The notes under the pieces: model-generated
The model's input: only the letters and a program-made list of their open reading frames with translations
Database searches by the model: none
Told to the model about the DNA's origin: nothing
From: a virus
Lineage: Duplodnaviria > Caudoviricetes
Strand: one strand, 5' to 3'
Virus record (IMG/VR): IMGVR_UViG_3300044691_000555
Coordinates: 1 to 56,760 of that record
DNA: 56,760 bases
Program-made: the position numbers and the translations under genes
Part shown: in pieces, positions 26,574 through 36,133 of the stretch
Position numbering within the stretch: position 1 is the first letter of the stretch
How the letters are laid out: every line of letters starts with the position of its first letter

Positions 26574-26996
26574 TCACACTCCGCCCGGTTGCACGTAACA
26601 GAACACGTATTGATTGCGGCTCAGGAACACGACGCCATGGCCGGTCGGGTTGCTGCGGTCCCATTTCAGCTTGTGGTTCGGGATTTCGATCTCGGTGCCG
26701 ACATCGACATGCGGCCGGTTGCGCGGTTCGTCCGGCCTGTCGTCGGTGACGGTCGCATAGGTCTTGCCGTCGCGGACGTGGATCTCGTCCGCCCAATAGG
26801 CATCGGCCTCGCCGCAGCACGATGCCGTCGGTACGTCCGGCTGCATCAGGCCCTGGTACCAGTCGCGAATGGCGCGATCGCCGTTTTCCCATTGCCCGGA
26901 ATCATGGGCATGGGCGAAGTGAATCGTCAGGAGCCCGACCAGCGCGATCAGGCCCAAGCCGATGGCCCACAGGCCGGCCTGCGCGCCCTTGCTCAT
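26574..26996 (-). CDS. Secreted protein with 'SCCGEAD' motif
   Basis: Signal peptide ending AHA; ATGA-coupled. Confidence 0.65.
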   Translation of the reverse strand: MSKGAQAGLWAIGLGLIALVGLLTIHFAHAHDSGQWENGDRAIRDWYQGLMQPDVPTASCCGEADAYWADEIHVRDGKTYATVTDDRPDEPRNRPHVDVGTEIEIPNHKLKWDRSNPTGHGVVFLSRNQYVFCYVQPGGV

Positions 26997-27391
26997 TCGA
27001 CCCGCACCCGCGCCGTGCCGCCCATCCCGATCGCGTCCGCCGCGGCCCGCGACAGATCGATGCAGCGCCCTCTGACGAACGGTCCCCTGTCGTTGATGCG
27101 GACGCTCACGGCGCGGCCGTTGGCAAGGTTGGTCACCACCACGCGCGATCCAAACCGCCGCGTGCGGTGCGCCGCCGTCAGCGCGAAAGTATTGAATTGT
27201 TCGCCGGAGGCGGTTCGGCGGCCGTGATAGCCGTCGCCGACACCGTATTGCGAGGCGACGCAGGTTTCATCTTTCGTCATCGTCACGTCGATCGAGACGA
27301 TGCCGGCCAGAAAATTATTCGGCGAGCCGGCGAACGCGGGGGCAATGGCGCTGGCGAAGATCAGCGCCGCCAAAAGCAGGCGGTGGGTCAT
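26993..27391 (-). CDS. rlpA: RlpA-like DPBB lytic transglycosylase
   Basis: 'TASGEQF...TAAHRT...[16 protein letters not shown]'; signal peptide. Confidence 0.88.
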   Translation of the reverse strand: MTHRLLLAALIFASAIAPAFAGSPNNFLAGIVSIDVTMTKDETCVASQYGVGDGYHGRRTASGEQFNTFALTAAHRTRRFGSRVVVTNLANGRAVSVRINDRGPFVRGRCIDLSRAAADAIGMGGTARVRVE

Positions 27392-27436
27392 TGGATACTT
27401 TCTAAAGAGAGTGAGACTTGCTGCGGCCCTGGAATG

Positions 27437-27814
27437 TCAGTGCAGCGGCGGCTTCGGCGTAATGGTGATCCAGTTGGCGATCATCCATCCGATGCCGCCG
27501 CCGGCCACGGTCAATGCCGCCCAGATCCATTTGCCGAGCTTCTGGGCCCCGATCGCCTGGGCCTTGGCACTCTCGAAGGCCTCGACCGATGGCCTGATCT
27601 CGGTAATGTCCTTGATCGCGGTATCGACCTTGGCCGCCATCGCGCCGACCTTTTCAGCCAGGGCCTCGAATTTCTGATGCAGGTCGCGGCGGCCTTGCGA
27701 TGCGGTGGCCTCCTGGGATTGCCACGTCGACACCAGCGTCTTGACGGTGGACTCGAGCCCGCCGATCGACCGGCTCATCTCGCGCAACGCCGCTTCGGTC
27801 GCCGGATCGCTCAT
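27437..27814 (-). CDS. Coiled-coil protein with C-terminal TM (holin-position candidate)
   Basis: Topology and location in the lysis cassette. Confidence 0.5.
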   Translation of the reverse strand: MSDPATEAALREMSRSIGGLESTVKTLVSTWQSQEATASQGRRDLHQKFEALAEKVGAMAAKVDTAIKDITEIRPSVEAFESAKAQAIGAQKLGKWIWAALTVAGGGIGWMIANWITITPKPPLH

Positions 27815-28197
27815 GTCGAGCTCGCGGGCTTCTTGCGCAACAAGCTGCGCACCGCGCCGGTTTTCGCGGCAACGGGCCTTTCACAGGTGGCGCCCTCGGT
27901 CTTGCCGATGCCCTGCCGCACGTCCTGCGACTGGCAAATCAGGCGATGCAGGCAGGAATTGACCTTGGCCAATGCCGCGCGATCGGTCTTCCACAGCCGC
28001 TCGACCTCGCCGGCGTCCAGTTCGCGGTCCGGCGGGGTGACCGGACGCTTGACGCAGGCCAGCACGTCCGCCGGCACCGCCGGCAGGATCGGCGCTTCCG
28101 GCGGCGGCGCCAGCGGCGGCTGGTGGTTAGCGAACGTCCCGCATCCGGCGAGACATATCGCGAGTAAAGCACTTGGCAGCATTCGAAGGTGTCGCAT
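27811..28197 (-). CDS. o-spanin (Rz1-like lipoprotein)
   Basis: Lipobox 'LAGC'; Pro-rich; overlaps i-spanin. Confidence 0.75.
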   Translation of the reverse strand: MRHLRMLPSALLAICLAGCGTFANHQPPLAPPPEAPILPAVPADVLACVKRPVTPPDRELDAGEVERLWKTDRAALAKVNSCLHRLICQSQDVRQGIGKTEGATCERPVAAKTGAVRSLLRKKPASST

Positions 28198-28516
28198 CGA
28201 TCGCCTCTTGGTTTTTGCGGAGTTGTCCTTCGGCCTTGTCGGCCCGCTCGGCGTCGCGCGCCTGCATGCCGTTGATCAGCGCCAGCTGGCGCTGGTTCTC
28301 GGCGAGCCGGCTCAGCAGCTGGGCGTTGCGGTCGCTCAGCTGTTGCGCCTCGCATTTGCCCTCGGCCCAGTCGTAGCCGCGGTGAACCAGGTAGCCGGAA
28401 TAGCCGGCGAAGGCCGCCGCCAGCAGCGCGGCCACGATCGCGCCGCCCAGGAACGGCGACAGCGAGACGCCGAACAGCCCGAGCAGGCGAATGACGATGC
28501 CGACCGCGATGCTCAT
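28127..28516 (-). CDS. i-spanin (Rz-like)
   Basis: N-terminal TM, coiled coil, C-terminal Cys. Confidence 0.7.
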   Translation of the reverse strand: MSIAVGIVIRLLGLFGVSLSPFLGGAIVAALLAAAFAGYSGYLVHRGYDWAEGKCEAQQLSDRNAQLLSRLAENQRQLALINGMQARDAERADKAEGQLRKNQEAIDATPSNAAKCFTRDMSRRMRDVR

Positions 28517-29730
28517 GGGTTTTTCCCGGTGCGGTAGTCGGCGACGCGCTTCTTCTCGATGCTGTCGGCAACGTGCCAGACCAGCAGGCCGAGACCCGCG
28601 CAGATCGCCAGCACCAGCACGATCGCGATGATGATCACGATCGACTGGGTTGTGAGGCCGAGCCCGCCGACCGCTTCCCTGGCGCTTGAAACCGCGGTCG
28701 CATGGTCGGTGATGACAGCGAGCGCGCCGGCACCGGCCGTGCCTGACGCGCCGCCGAATATCTTGCCGCCCCATCCCTTGACCTTGTCGGTAAACGACAC
28801 GGTCTCCGACCCCTGGTCACGCAGATCGTCCGCGGTTGCGTTGGCGCGCTCTTCCGCCACTTCCGGCGGCTGCGCTTTCGCCAGCGCGGTTAGAAATTCG
28901 TCGTCGATCACGGGCGTCAGCGGCAGGCCGTTCTTGTTGCGGAAGGCGAGGATGGCATCCTCGGTCTTGCCCTTCGGCGTCAGGCTGCCGTCGATCGCGC
29001 CGACCTGGTAATAGCCGACATCGCGCAGCTGCTGCTGCACGCGCGCCACCATCTCGGGATCCGGCACCGGTGCCACGTCGGCGAGGGCCGCGAAGTGCTC
29101 GGGATGATGCTGCGCCAGGCCCTGCTCGAACAGCGCGGCCTCATGGTCGCGGCGGTTGCGCAGGCCCGACGTATTCGGCCACAGCCGTTTCATCGAACGG
29201 ATCAGCGCCGGGATCCGGGCGAGATCGCCGGATTTCACGCAGGCCTTGATGTCGCGCATTTCGGCATAGCGCGGCCCGGCATTGCCATAGGACGCGCCGC
29301 GGTTGAAGGTGATCGACAGCAGCACGCCCAGGCAATGCGGCGACAACTGGTCGACGCCGGGCACCGCATGGCGCAGCATCGCCAAATAGCGCGGGACGTC
29401 ATGGTTCGAGAACACGTCGAGCGCCGTTTCCCAGGGGATATCGACCACGGCCCGCAGCTGCTGCGCCGGTGCGCGCGCCGCCACGCCCGTGACGCCGCAG
29501 GTTTTCGCCAGCGCGCTGACCATAGCGTCCGGGATCTTGCCCTTCCAGTCGGCAACGAACTGCGCGCGGCTGTTCTGTCCGACGTCGTAGCCGATCGCGA
29601 TGGTGACGCCGGAACTCTCGCCCGGCCACTCCGGATGCCGGTAGCGCTTGTTGTACGCCGCCTGGCCGGAGACCTCTTCGTTGACGATAAGGTCGAACGA
29701 TTCCTTGGAAATACCGTGAAGCTCGATCAT
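28513..29730 (-). CDS. Endolysin: muramidase + peptidoglycan-binding domain + C-terminal TM segments
   Basis: 'SGVTIAIGYDVG', 'GLRNRRDHEA'; PG-binding 'VQQQLRDVGY..GAIDG'. Confidence 0.85.
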   Translation of the reverse strand: MIELHGISKESFDLIVNEEVSGQAAYNKRYRHPEWPGESSGVTIAIGYDVGQNSRAQFVADWKGKIPDAMVSALAKTCGVTGVAARAPAQQLRAVVDIPWETALDVFSNHDVPRYLAMLRHAVPGVDQLSPHCLGVLLSITFNRGASYGNAGPRYAEMRDIKACVKSGDLARIPALIRSMKRLWPNTSGLRNRRDHEAALFEQGLAQHHPEHFAALADVAPVPDPEMVARVQQQLRDVGYYQVGAIDGSLTPKGKTEDAILAFRNKNGLPLTPVIDDEFLTALAKAQPPEVAEERANATADDLRDQGSETVSFTDKVKGWGGKIFGGASGTAGAGALAVITDHATAVSSAREAVGGLGLTTQSIVIIIAIVLVLAICAGLGLLVWHVADSIEKKRVADYRTGKNP

Positions 29731-29764
29731 CGCGAAATCCTCGGCGAACGATGTGAGGCGTGAC

Positions 29765-29792
29765 AAAAGGCCCGCCCGGTATGGGCGAGCCT
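29765..29792 (-). terminator. Terminator between tail and lysis genes
   Basis: Minus strand AGGCTCGCCC-ATACC-GGGCGGGCCTTTT. Confidence 0.6.
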
Positions 29793-29818
29793 CGAAACCG
29801 TTAAACGCTTCGGAGAAA

Positions 29819-30349
29819 TCAGATCGCCGCGAAGGCGGCGTCGATCTGGGCAATCGTGGTGATGACGCCGGCGTCGATCTGCGACTTCACGCCGGCATAG
29901 ACTGAGAAGCAGCCATTGACATGCGCCAGCACCGCGTCGCTGATCCCGATCATGTCGGCCGCCGTCAGGGCGTGCACCGACCCGTCGGCGGCGACCCAGT
30001 CGGCGGTGAATCCGGCCGTGGCTTCCGCGGCGATGCGCGCGCCCAGGACCATGATCTTGGCGCGGTCGTCGGTGGCCACGGCGATGCCGGCGACACTCAC
30101 GCCGCCGACTTCCGTCGCGTGTCGCTTCTCGGCGGCATAGGTCCACAGCGAGCCGGCCGGATAGCGTTCGGCGAAGATCGCCAGCAGGCTTTCCTGGGTG
30201 TCGATATTGGTCGGGGCGTTGCCGCCTTCGATGAAGTCGAGGTACGCGCTTTCGTTGGTCGGGATGAACCCGGCCATCGCGCTCGACCAGACAATACTGG
30301 TGTCCTCGCCGACCTTCCAGAACCAGTCCGTGATATCGAATGGCCGCAT
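29819..30349 (-). CDS. Tail fibre assembly protein (DUF4376-like)
   Basis: 'YAAEKRHATEVGG', 'WVAADG', 'HVNGCF'; follows the fibre gene. Confidence 0.75.
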   Translation of the reverse strand: MRPFDITDWFWKVGEDTSIVWSSAMAGFIPTNESAYLDFIEGGNAPTNIDTQESLLAIFAERYPAGSLWTYAAEKRHATEVGGVSVAGIAVATDDRAKIMVLGARIAAEATAGFTADWVAADGSVHALTAADMIGISDAVLAHVNGCFSVYAGVKSQIDAGVITTIAQIDAAFAAI

Positions 30350-31704
30350 CAGAGATATTGACCTCCGCTTGCCGCCGAACCGGCGGAGCTCCCCGGAAAA
30401 TAGTTCGCGCCACCGCCGCTGGTATCGATGACGCCGTTCTGGATCACCGTGTACCGCGATCCGGTCGCGCTGCCGGAAATCGATGAGTACATCGAACCGG
30501 AACCGGAGCTGATCGATGAATTACGGCCGCAATTCGCAAACGCGGTGCTGAAGTTTGGCGTGCCGGAGAAGGTCAGGACCTGTGGATATAAATCGATGAT
30601 GCCGCCACTGAGCGCCAGCAAATGCGACGGGCAATTGCCGCTGATGGTGTAGCCGGGCGACGCGACGCCATGCGCGGCACCCTTGAACAACACCACCGCG
30701 CCGCGCTGCGCCACGACATGGGCGGGGCCGGCGCAGGCGTTGAAGTCCATGTTCGACAGGTAGATCAGGGTGCCGCCGAGATCGGCGGAGATCGCATCGC
30801 CGACGCTGGCAACCCGGAAGCCCGAGATGTCGTAGGTGCCGGAGACGCCGGCGGCGACGAAGCCGCTGCCGCTGTTCACAAAGCAGCTCGACGGCGAGCC
30901 GATGTTGCCGATGATGAACACCGTGCCGGAGCCGGTCAGGCGCGGCAGCGAGACGCCCGCATAGTTGCCGTTGGCGACGTGGATCAGGACATTGAACCCG
31001 TTGTTGTCGAAATTCGACATGACGTCGACGGCGTGCTGGATTGTCGCGAAGGCGCGGCCGGCGCCTGCCGCGAGGCCGTCGTTCGCGTCGTTGCCGAGCG
31101 CGGAATTGACGTAATAATCGCGCGCTGCATAGAGCCGCGGACGGCCGATGTTGTAGAGGCTGAGGGTTTGAAAGTTGGTACCGTCGAAGCCGAGCTCGGC
31201 CAGCATCCCCACCGTGAAGTCGTTCTTCAGGATGGCGCTGCCGTCGAGGTGGACGATGTTCTTGACGCCAAGACCGCTGACATTGATGGTGCTGCCGCCG
31301 GTCGATGCGGCGTTGATCTTGACCAGCAGCTTGAGCCCGGCCTTGTATTCCGCGACCGCCGGCGAGGGTGCTACCACCAGCGCGTTCGCCGCCCCGCTGT
31401 CGACGCAATAGAGCGGCTGACCGCGCTGGATCATCTGCTTGATCGAGTTCAGCAGCATGTCGTCCGAATTGTCCTCGGCGACGACGACCGCAGAGGCAAC
31501 CGTCAGTCCGTTGCCGCGGATCGCGTTGCGAAACTGGCCGACGACGGCATTGAGCCAGCCGGCCTGGATCTTGGTGCCGTCGTTGTTGATCGCCGAGGTG
31601 CAATCCTTGAAGAAGGTGTCGTTGACGCCGAACGTCCGGGTGTCGGCGGGGCGCGCGGTAACGCTGTTCGTCGCATTAGCCGGGCCGACGATATCAACTG
31701 CCAT
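30349..31704 (-). CDS. Tail fibre/spike with beta-helix-like C-terminus
   Basis: After baseplate genes; 'YYVNSALGNDANDG...AFATIQHAVD'. Confidence 0.8.
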   Translation of the reverse strand: MAVDIVGPANATNSVTARPADTRTFGVNDTFFKDCTSAINNDGTKIQAGWLNAVVGQFRNAIRGNGLTVASAVVVAEDNSDDMLLNSIKQMIQRGQPLYCVDSGAANALVVAPSPAVAEYKAGLKLLVKINAASTGGSTINVSGLGVKNIVHLDGSAILKNDFTVGMLAELGFDGTNFQTLSLYNIGRPRLYAARDYYVNSALGNDANDGLAAGAGRAFATIQHAVDVMSNFDNNGFNVLIHVANGNYAGVSLPRLTGSGTVFIIGNIGSPSSCFVNSGSGFVAAGVSGTYDISGFRVASVGDAISADLGGTLIYLSNMDFNACAGPAHVVAQRGAVVLFKGAAHGVASPGYTISGNCPSHLLALSGGIIDLYPQVLTFSGTPNFSTAFANCGRNSSISSGSGSMYSSISGSATGSRYTVIQNGVIDTSGGGANYFPGSSAGSAASGGQYL

Positions 31705-31709
31705 GGCGC

Positions 31710-32417
31710 TTAAGCTCCTGTGGTGACGTACTGGATGACGATGTGGGCGTGGACGACGCGGTCGAGCAGGCACTGCAGCGCGTTGATGTCGGGCTCGCAG
31801 CCGAGCGAAAACCCGCTCTCGAAATTGCCGGCATAGGGCAGATCACCGACCGCGACGACATGGGCCGGGCTTTGATTGAGGTCGACGACGATGCGCAGGA
31901 TGGCGCTGCCGGAAAGCCCGCCGGCGATATCGCAGCCGGCCTGCGCACAGCCGGCATTGGCGCCGCAGTCATTGGCGATGGCGTCGCAATAGATCGACCA
32001 GCCGGCGCGCGCCGCCACCTCGGCATAGTATTCGCAGCGGGTGCCGCCGATCGCCGCCACCTTGGTGCAGAGATCGGGGAACGGATCGCAATTATCCGGC
32101 AATCCGTATTCGATCATCCATTGATCGTGGGTCTCCGAATGGGTCGCGCACCAGAACTCCAGCCGCAGCGCGCAGAGCCGCTGCTCGAGGTAATTGCGGA
32201 CCGAGGCGAAGGCGGCATAGTAGCCCGCCTGCACATAGCCAACCGGCCACTGGTCCGCCGCAGGTACCCCGACCAGCGAAACGAGCCAGGCGAGAAACCC
32301 GGACACCACCGACGGATCGTTGGCGGGCCAGGCGCGGCCGCGCGGCAGCACGTCGAGGGTGGCGGCATAACTTTCCGGAAACGTCGGGCAGTGAAACGGC
32401 GGAGGTTCGCGCACCAT
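31710..32417 (-). CDS. Baseplate protein (Mu gp48/YmfQ-like)
   Basis: 'LPRGRAW', 'W..EYGLPD.C', 'LQC.LDR..HAH'. Confidence 0.8.
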   Translation of the reverse strand: MVREPPPFHCPTFPESYAATLDVLPRGRAWPANDPSVVSGFLAWLVSLVGVPAADQWPVGYVQAGYYAAFASVRNYLEQRLCALRLEFWCATHSETHDQWMIEYGLPDNCDPFPDLCTKVAAIGGTRCEYYAEVAARAGWSIYCDAIANDCGANAGCAQAGCDIAGGLSGSAILRIVVDLNQSPAHVVAVGDLPYAGNFESGFSLGCEPDINALQCLLDRVVHAHIVIQYVTTGA

Positions 32418-32430
32418 CGCAAATCTCCCT

Positions 32431-33549
32431 TCAGATGAAAGTGATGTCGCCGAGCGTCGCCATCTGGCCTGGCGTGATCACCACGTCGGCGTTCGGCGAG
32501 ATCAGGATGTGGCTGTCCTCGCCGGTGGCGTTGGCGATGGTCTGCCAGATCCACGACCGCGAGAACGTCGCCGGCACCGCCAGGAACGGCATGCCGCCGT
32601 GCTGGGTATCGTTGCCCGAGGCACGGCCGAGGCGCCGGAAGGCGGCGCGCAGCTCGTTGCGCACCTCTTCCTGCACCGCCGTCGTGTTCGGCGTCAGATT
32701 CTGGATCACGACGTCGATCGGATGGGGGACCGCCGCCGCCGTGGTGAGAATGACGCCGGCGGGGCAGACGCCGAGGATATGCTGATGAACCCGGTCGATC
32801 GCCGCCGCATCGGGGATGCCGCTGGCGAACAGATCGTCCATGATCGGGAACACGCGGACGGTGCCGGCCCCGTTCCACAATCGCTCGACAAAGACCCGGG
32901 TGACGCCGGAAACCTGCGAGGCCCAGATCACATAGTCGGCCGCCGATCCGCCATGCGGCGGGTTGCGTTTCCGGAACAGGATCCGGGCCCGATAGGTCTC
33001 GATGTCCTCGACGTCGTCGCCGGCGGTCATGTCGCCGCCGCCGATCGCCGCCGTGGTGAGGCTGGTCGAGCCGACCGACAGGCCGGACGTGATGATCAGC
33101 TGGGTGCCCTCGATCGCGTTGGACGCCTTGCCGTCGAGCAGCGCGGTCGCGGGCACCTGCAGCGTGCCGGGTGCCGTGATCGCGCCGCCGACCTGCACGA
33201 TGTACTGGATGCCGTCGGCGCGGGTCAGGATCGCGCCGGTGTCGACGGTGAGCGCGGTAGCCGTGGTGGTGAAGGTGATATTGCCGAAGGCCGGCGACGC
33301 CGGGCGCTGCGGGATGCCGTATTCGTTGCCGTGCAGCCGCAGCGTCTCGATGTCGGGCGCGGTCGACGCAAAGATCATCCGCGAGATGTAGGAGGCGAAT
33401 CCGAACACCTCGAACGTCTGGCCTGCGACCACCTTGGCCGAGGCATAGACGTTGTTCGGCCAGATCCACGCGTCCGATCCCGGCAGATAGGTCCGGAACG
33501 CCTGGCGCGCTCGCTCGGCCAGGTCTTTCAGCGACGGAATCGCGTACAT
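32431..33549 (-). CDS. Baseplate J-like protein (Mu gp47)
   Basis: 'GDDVEDIETYRARI...PPHGGSAADYVIWA', 'GAGTVRV'. Confidence 0.9.
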   Translation of the reverse strand: MYAIPSLKDLAERARQAFRTYLPGSDAWIWPNNVYASAKVVAGQTFEVFGFASYISRMIFASTAPDIETLRLHGNEYGIPQRPASPAFGNITFTTTATALTVDTGAILTRADGIQYIVQVGGAITAPGTLQVPATALLDGKASNAIEGTQLIITSGLSVGSTSLTTAAIGGGDMTAGDDVEDIETYRARILFRKRNPPHGGSAADYVIWASQVSGVTRVFVERLWNGAGTVRVFPIMDDLFASGIPDAAAIDRVHQHILGVCPAGVILTTAAAVPHPIDVVIQNLTPNTTAVQEEVRNELRAAFRRLGRASGNDTQHGGMPFLAVPATFSRSWIWQTIANATGEDSHILISPNADVVITPGQMATLGDITFI

Positions 33550-33587
33550 CAAAAAATTCCTGTGGCGAGAGCGTGAATCGTTTGGGT

Positions 33588-33763
33588 CACCTCGCCCCGC
33601 TTGCGGGGAGAGCATAGGCCGCCTTAGGCGGCCGTCCTTGAAGAACGCCGAAGCGAAGCTTCGGCTATCGCGCAGCGCCGGGTGAGGGGGACTCTCCGCG
33701 AGTCCGGTGGTTGAAAGAGCCCCTCACCCCGACCCTCTCCCCGTGAAGCACGGGGAGAGGGAG
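33588..33763. repeat. REP-like composite palindromic element of Rhizobiales type
   Basis: CTCGCCCCGCTTGCGGGGAGAG ... GGGTGAGGGG / CCCCTCACCC ... CCCTCTCCCCGTGAAGCACGGGGAGAGGG. Confidence 0.75.
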
Positions 33764-33772
33764 AAGAACGTC

Positions 33773-34357
33773 TTAAGGTTCGAGTTGCGGAAACGGCAGC
33801 GGCTTCGGCGACGTCGCCGTCTGCCGCCAGATGTCGTCAAAGCGGATATCGTAGGATTTCGAGCCGTCGCGGCCGTAGACCTGGATCGACAAATCGAGCC
33901 GGTCCATCGCGAATTCGGCTGTGGCCTGCGCCTCGATCCGCACCGCGGCGCCCTGCGTGATCAACGGCGCCAGCGCGTCCAGCGCGATGGCCTCGACCCA
34001 GCGGCGGATCGCCTCGGTCAGCGGCGCGCGCTCGAAGACCCACAATAGCGATCCCATCTCGGTCTCGGCCAATTCAGTGCGGACGTCGACGCCGTCGCCC
34101 CACCAGCCGCGCGGGTCGCCGCCCTCGACCAGATAGCGCAGCGGGTGATCCGCAGGGATCCGCCTGTCGGTGAACAGCGCCAGCACGATTGCGGTGTGCA
34201 GCGCCGCCTTCGCCCGAAGGCCGCCGCGGTTCTGCGGTTCGTCAGCGACCGCCAGCGCGAAGTCGGCGACGCCGTAGGGCGGATGCCACTGGCTGTCCCA
34301 CAGCAGATTGGCCTGCGGGGTTTCGCCCTCGCTGATGCGGACCCGGAGCATGGTCAT
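33773..34357 (-). CDS. Mu gp46-like baseplate protein
   Basis: 'LFTDRR', 'RGWWGD', 'GSLLW'. Confidence 0.88.
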   Translation of the reverse strand: MTMLRVRISEGETPQANLLWDSQWHPPYGVADFALAVADEPQNRGGLRAKAALHTAIVLALFTDRRIPADHPLRYLVEGGDPRGWWGDGVDVRTELAETEMGSLLWVFERAPLTEAIRRWVEAIALDALAPLITQGAAVRIEAQATAEFAMDRLDLSIQVYGRDGSKSYDIRFDDIWRQTATSPKPLPFPQLEP

Positions 34358-35082
34358 ACCGCGAAAACTTTTGTGGCGCAGCTGTCGTCGCAGCGCTTCA
34401 CCAGCACGCCGCCCTCGCCGCCGAGATCGACATGATCGCTCTTGATGATGACGTGCGGCGAGGTGTGCGTCAGCTTGCCGCTCTCCAGTCTGACCGACGT
34501 ATCGTCGAACTCTGCGGTCAGGCTGTCCTCGGCCCAGGTGACCTTGGCTTTTTGGTAGGTCACCACGATGGTATCGCCGTCCATGACGATCGAGATGGTT
34601 TTTTCGTCCTTGTCCTTTTCGTCGTCCTCGCCCTGCTCGCCCTGCGCCTCGGCGCCGCCGGCGGCGGCCGCGGTGCCCTCGCCGTCATCGCCGCCGCCGG
34701 TCTTGTAGCCGTGGCCGATCCTGACGTTGATCTTTTTCGCATGGACGTGGTCCATATGATCCTTGAACACGCGAATGATATCGCCGCTGTGGTTGAACAG
34801 CACCGAGCCGCCTTCCGGCGTGTTCTTCGGCCGGTAATCCTTGTGGCCGGCGTCGCGGTACAGCGTGCGGTCGGAGCGCGACCCCATCTGCTGGATGATG
34901 CCGTCTGAGTCCTTCGGCGGGTTCGAGGAGAAACCAAAATCCTGCGGCCGCCAGATCTTCTTCGGCTTCTCCTTCGCCAGGCCGGAGATGTCGACGCGCT
35001 GCTGGCTCTTGCTGTCGTCCACCTTGATGATCTGGGCGCGGCGCGTCGTGGGGCGCATGCCGTCGTCGTGTTCGTACTGCAT
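34354..35082 (-). CDS. Baseplate spike (Mu gp45-like)
   Basis: 'QDFGFSSNPP', 'YRPK..PEG'; synteny. Confidence 0.75.
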   Translation of the reverse strand: MQYEHDDGMRPTTRRAQIIKVDDSKSQQRVDISGLAKEKPKKIWRPQDFGFSSNPPKDSDGIIQQMGSRSDRTLYRDAGHKDYRPKNTPEGGSVLFNHSGDIIRVFKDHMDHVHAKKINVRIGHGYKTGGGDDGEGTAAAAGGAEAQGEQGEDDEKDKDEKTISIVMDGDTIVVTYQKAKVTWAEDSLTAEFDDTSVRLESGKLTHTSPHVIIKSDHVDLGGEGGVLVKRCDDSCATKVFAV

Positions 35083-36128
35083 TATTCCCACGTGCTCCCT
35101 GAGCCGTTGCCCTTGCCGCCGCCGCCGCCTTCGCCGTCGTAGGCGGCGGGATCGACCAGCGACAGCGTCGCGATCGAGCCTGACTCGCTCTGGCGGTAAT
35201 TGACGCTCTCGATCAGCATGTCCTGCGAGATATCGAGGAACGGGCTCTCGGTCCAAACCAGCGCGCCTGGCTTCCAGAGCTGGCCGCCATCGTCGCGAAA
35301 GCCTTGCGTCGAGATCGTCGCCTTCAGCGCGTTGCCCTTGGCCCGGTTCTTGCGGTTCTTGGCGCGCTTCTTCGCGCGCTTCTTGTCGGTGTCTTCGTCC
35401 TGGATCAGGATGATGGTGCGATGGCGCTTGACGCTGCCGTCCTCTTCCTGTTCCTCGATTTCGAGATTGTCCTTGCCGTGACCGAACGGCCGCTGGCCGC
35501 GCACAATAATCTTGGAGTGGCGGTTCGAACCATTGTGATGCGCGGTGCCGGAAAGAATGTTTTGGCCTTCAATCAGGCCGCCGCTCATGCGCTCGGAGCC
35601 CGCCTTGGTGATCTTGGCGTTGCCTTCCGGCGTGCCCGTGATGGTCATGCCCTGCTGCCGCGCCAGCTTTTCGACGCAGCGGTAGCAGCTCTCGCCGGGC
35701 TGCAGCTGGTACTGGTCGATCTTCTCCAGCTGCTGGTCGCTCTCCCACTTCGCTTCATATTCGCTGGAGATTTCCTGCCCGATCTCCAGCGGGTCCTTCT
35801 TTTCGAACTGGCCGGTTTCGTGCTCGCCGCTGCCGTCGACCAGGTCGCCGGACTTCGAGCGGCCACAGACCACGATCTCCGCCTTTTTCGCCGAGAAAGA
35901 AGGTTCGCGGCTGTCGACATAGCCGGTCAGCAGCAGGTCGCCGTTGGCGCTGATGCTCACCTCGGTGCCGACGGTAAAAATCGCGTTGGTGGCCGAGGCG
36001 CCGAGCTCGGCCGCCACCGTGAACTCGAACGAACGGGCCGCCTCGTTGAAGGCGGCCTTGACATTGACGTCCTCGAACGCCGAGTAGCTGCCGCCGCCGG
36101 CTGAGATGGTGATGACCTCGATGCCCAT
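35082..36128 (-). CDS. Baseplate hub (Mu gpP/gp44-like)
   Basis: 'GRSKSGDLVD.S', 'QPGES', 'LWKPG'. Confidence 0.85.
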   Translation of the reverse strand: MGIEVITISAGGGSYSAFEDVNVKAAFNEAARSFEFTVAAELGASATNAIFTVGTEVSISANGDLLLTGYVDSREPSFSAKKAEIVVCGRSKSGDLVDGSGEHETGQFEKKDPLEIGQEISSEYEAKWESDQQLEKIDQYQLQPGESCYRCVEKLARQQGMTITGTPEGNAKITKAGSERMSGGLIEGQNILSGTAHHNGSNRHSKIIVRGQRPFGHGKDNLEIEEQEEDGSVKRHRTIILIQDEDTDKKRAKKRAKNRKNRAKGNALKATISTQGFRDDGGQLWKPGALVWTESPFLDISQDMLIESVNYRQSESGSIATLSLVDPAAYDGEGGGGGKGNGSGSTWE

Positions 36129-36133
36129 AGGCG

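Noticed and set aside
30349-31704. Tail fibre as a third DGR target
   Set aside because: No TR-like sequence or hairpin seen at its 3' end by eye; a self-alignment with the TR would confirm
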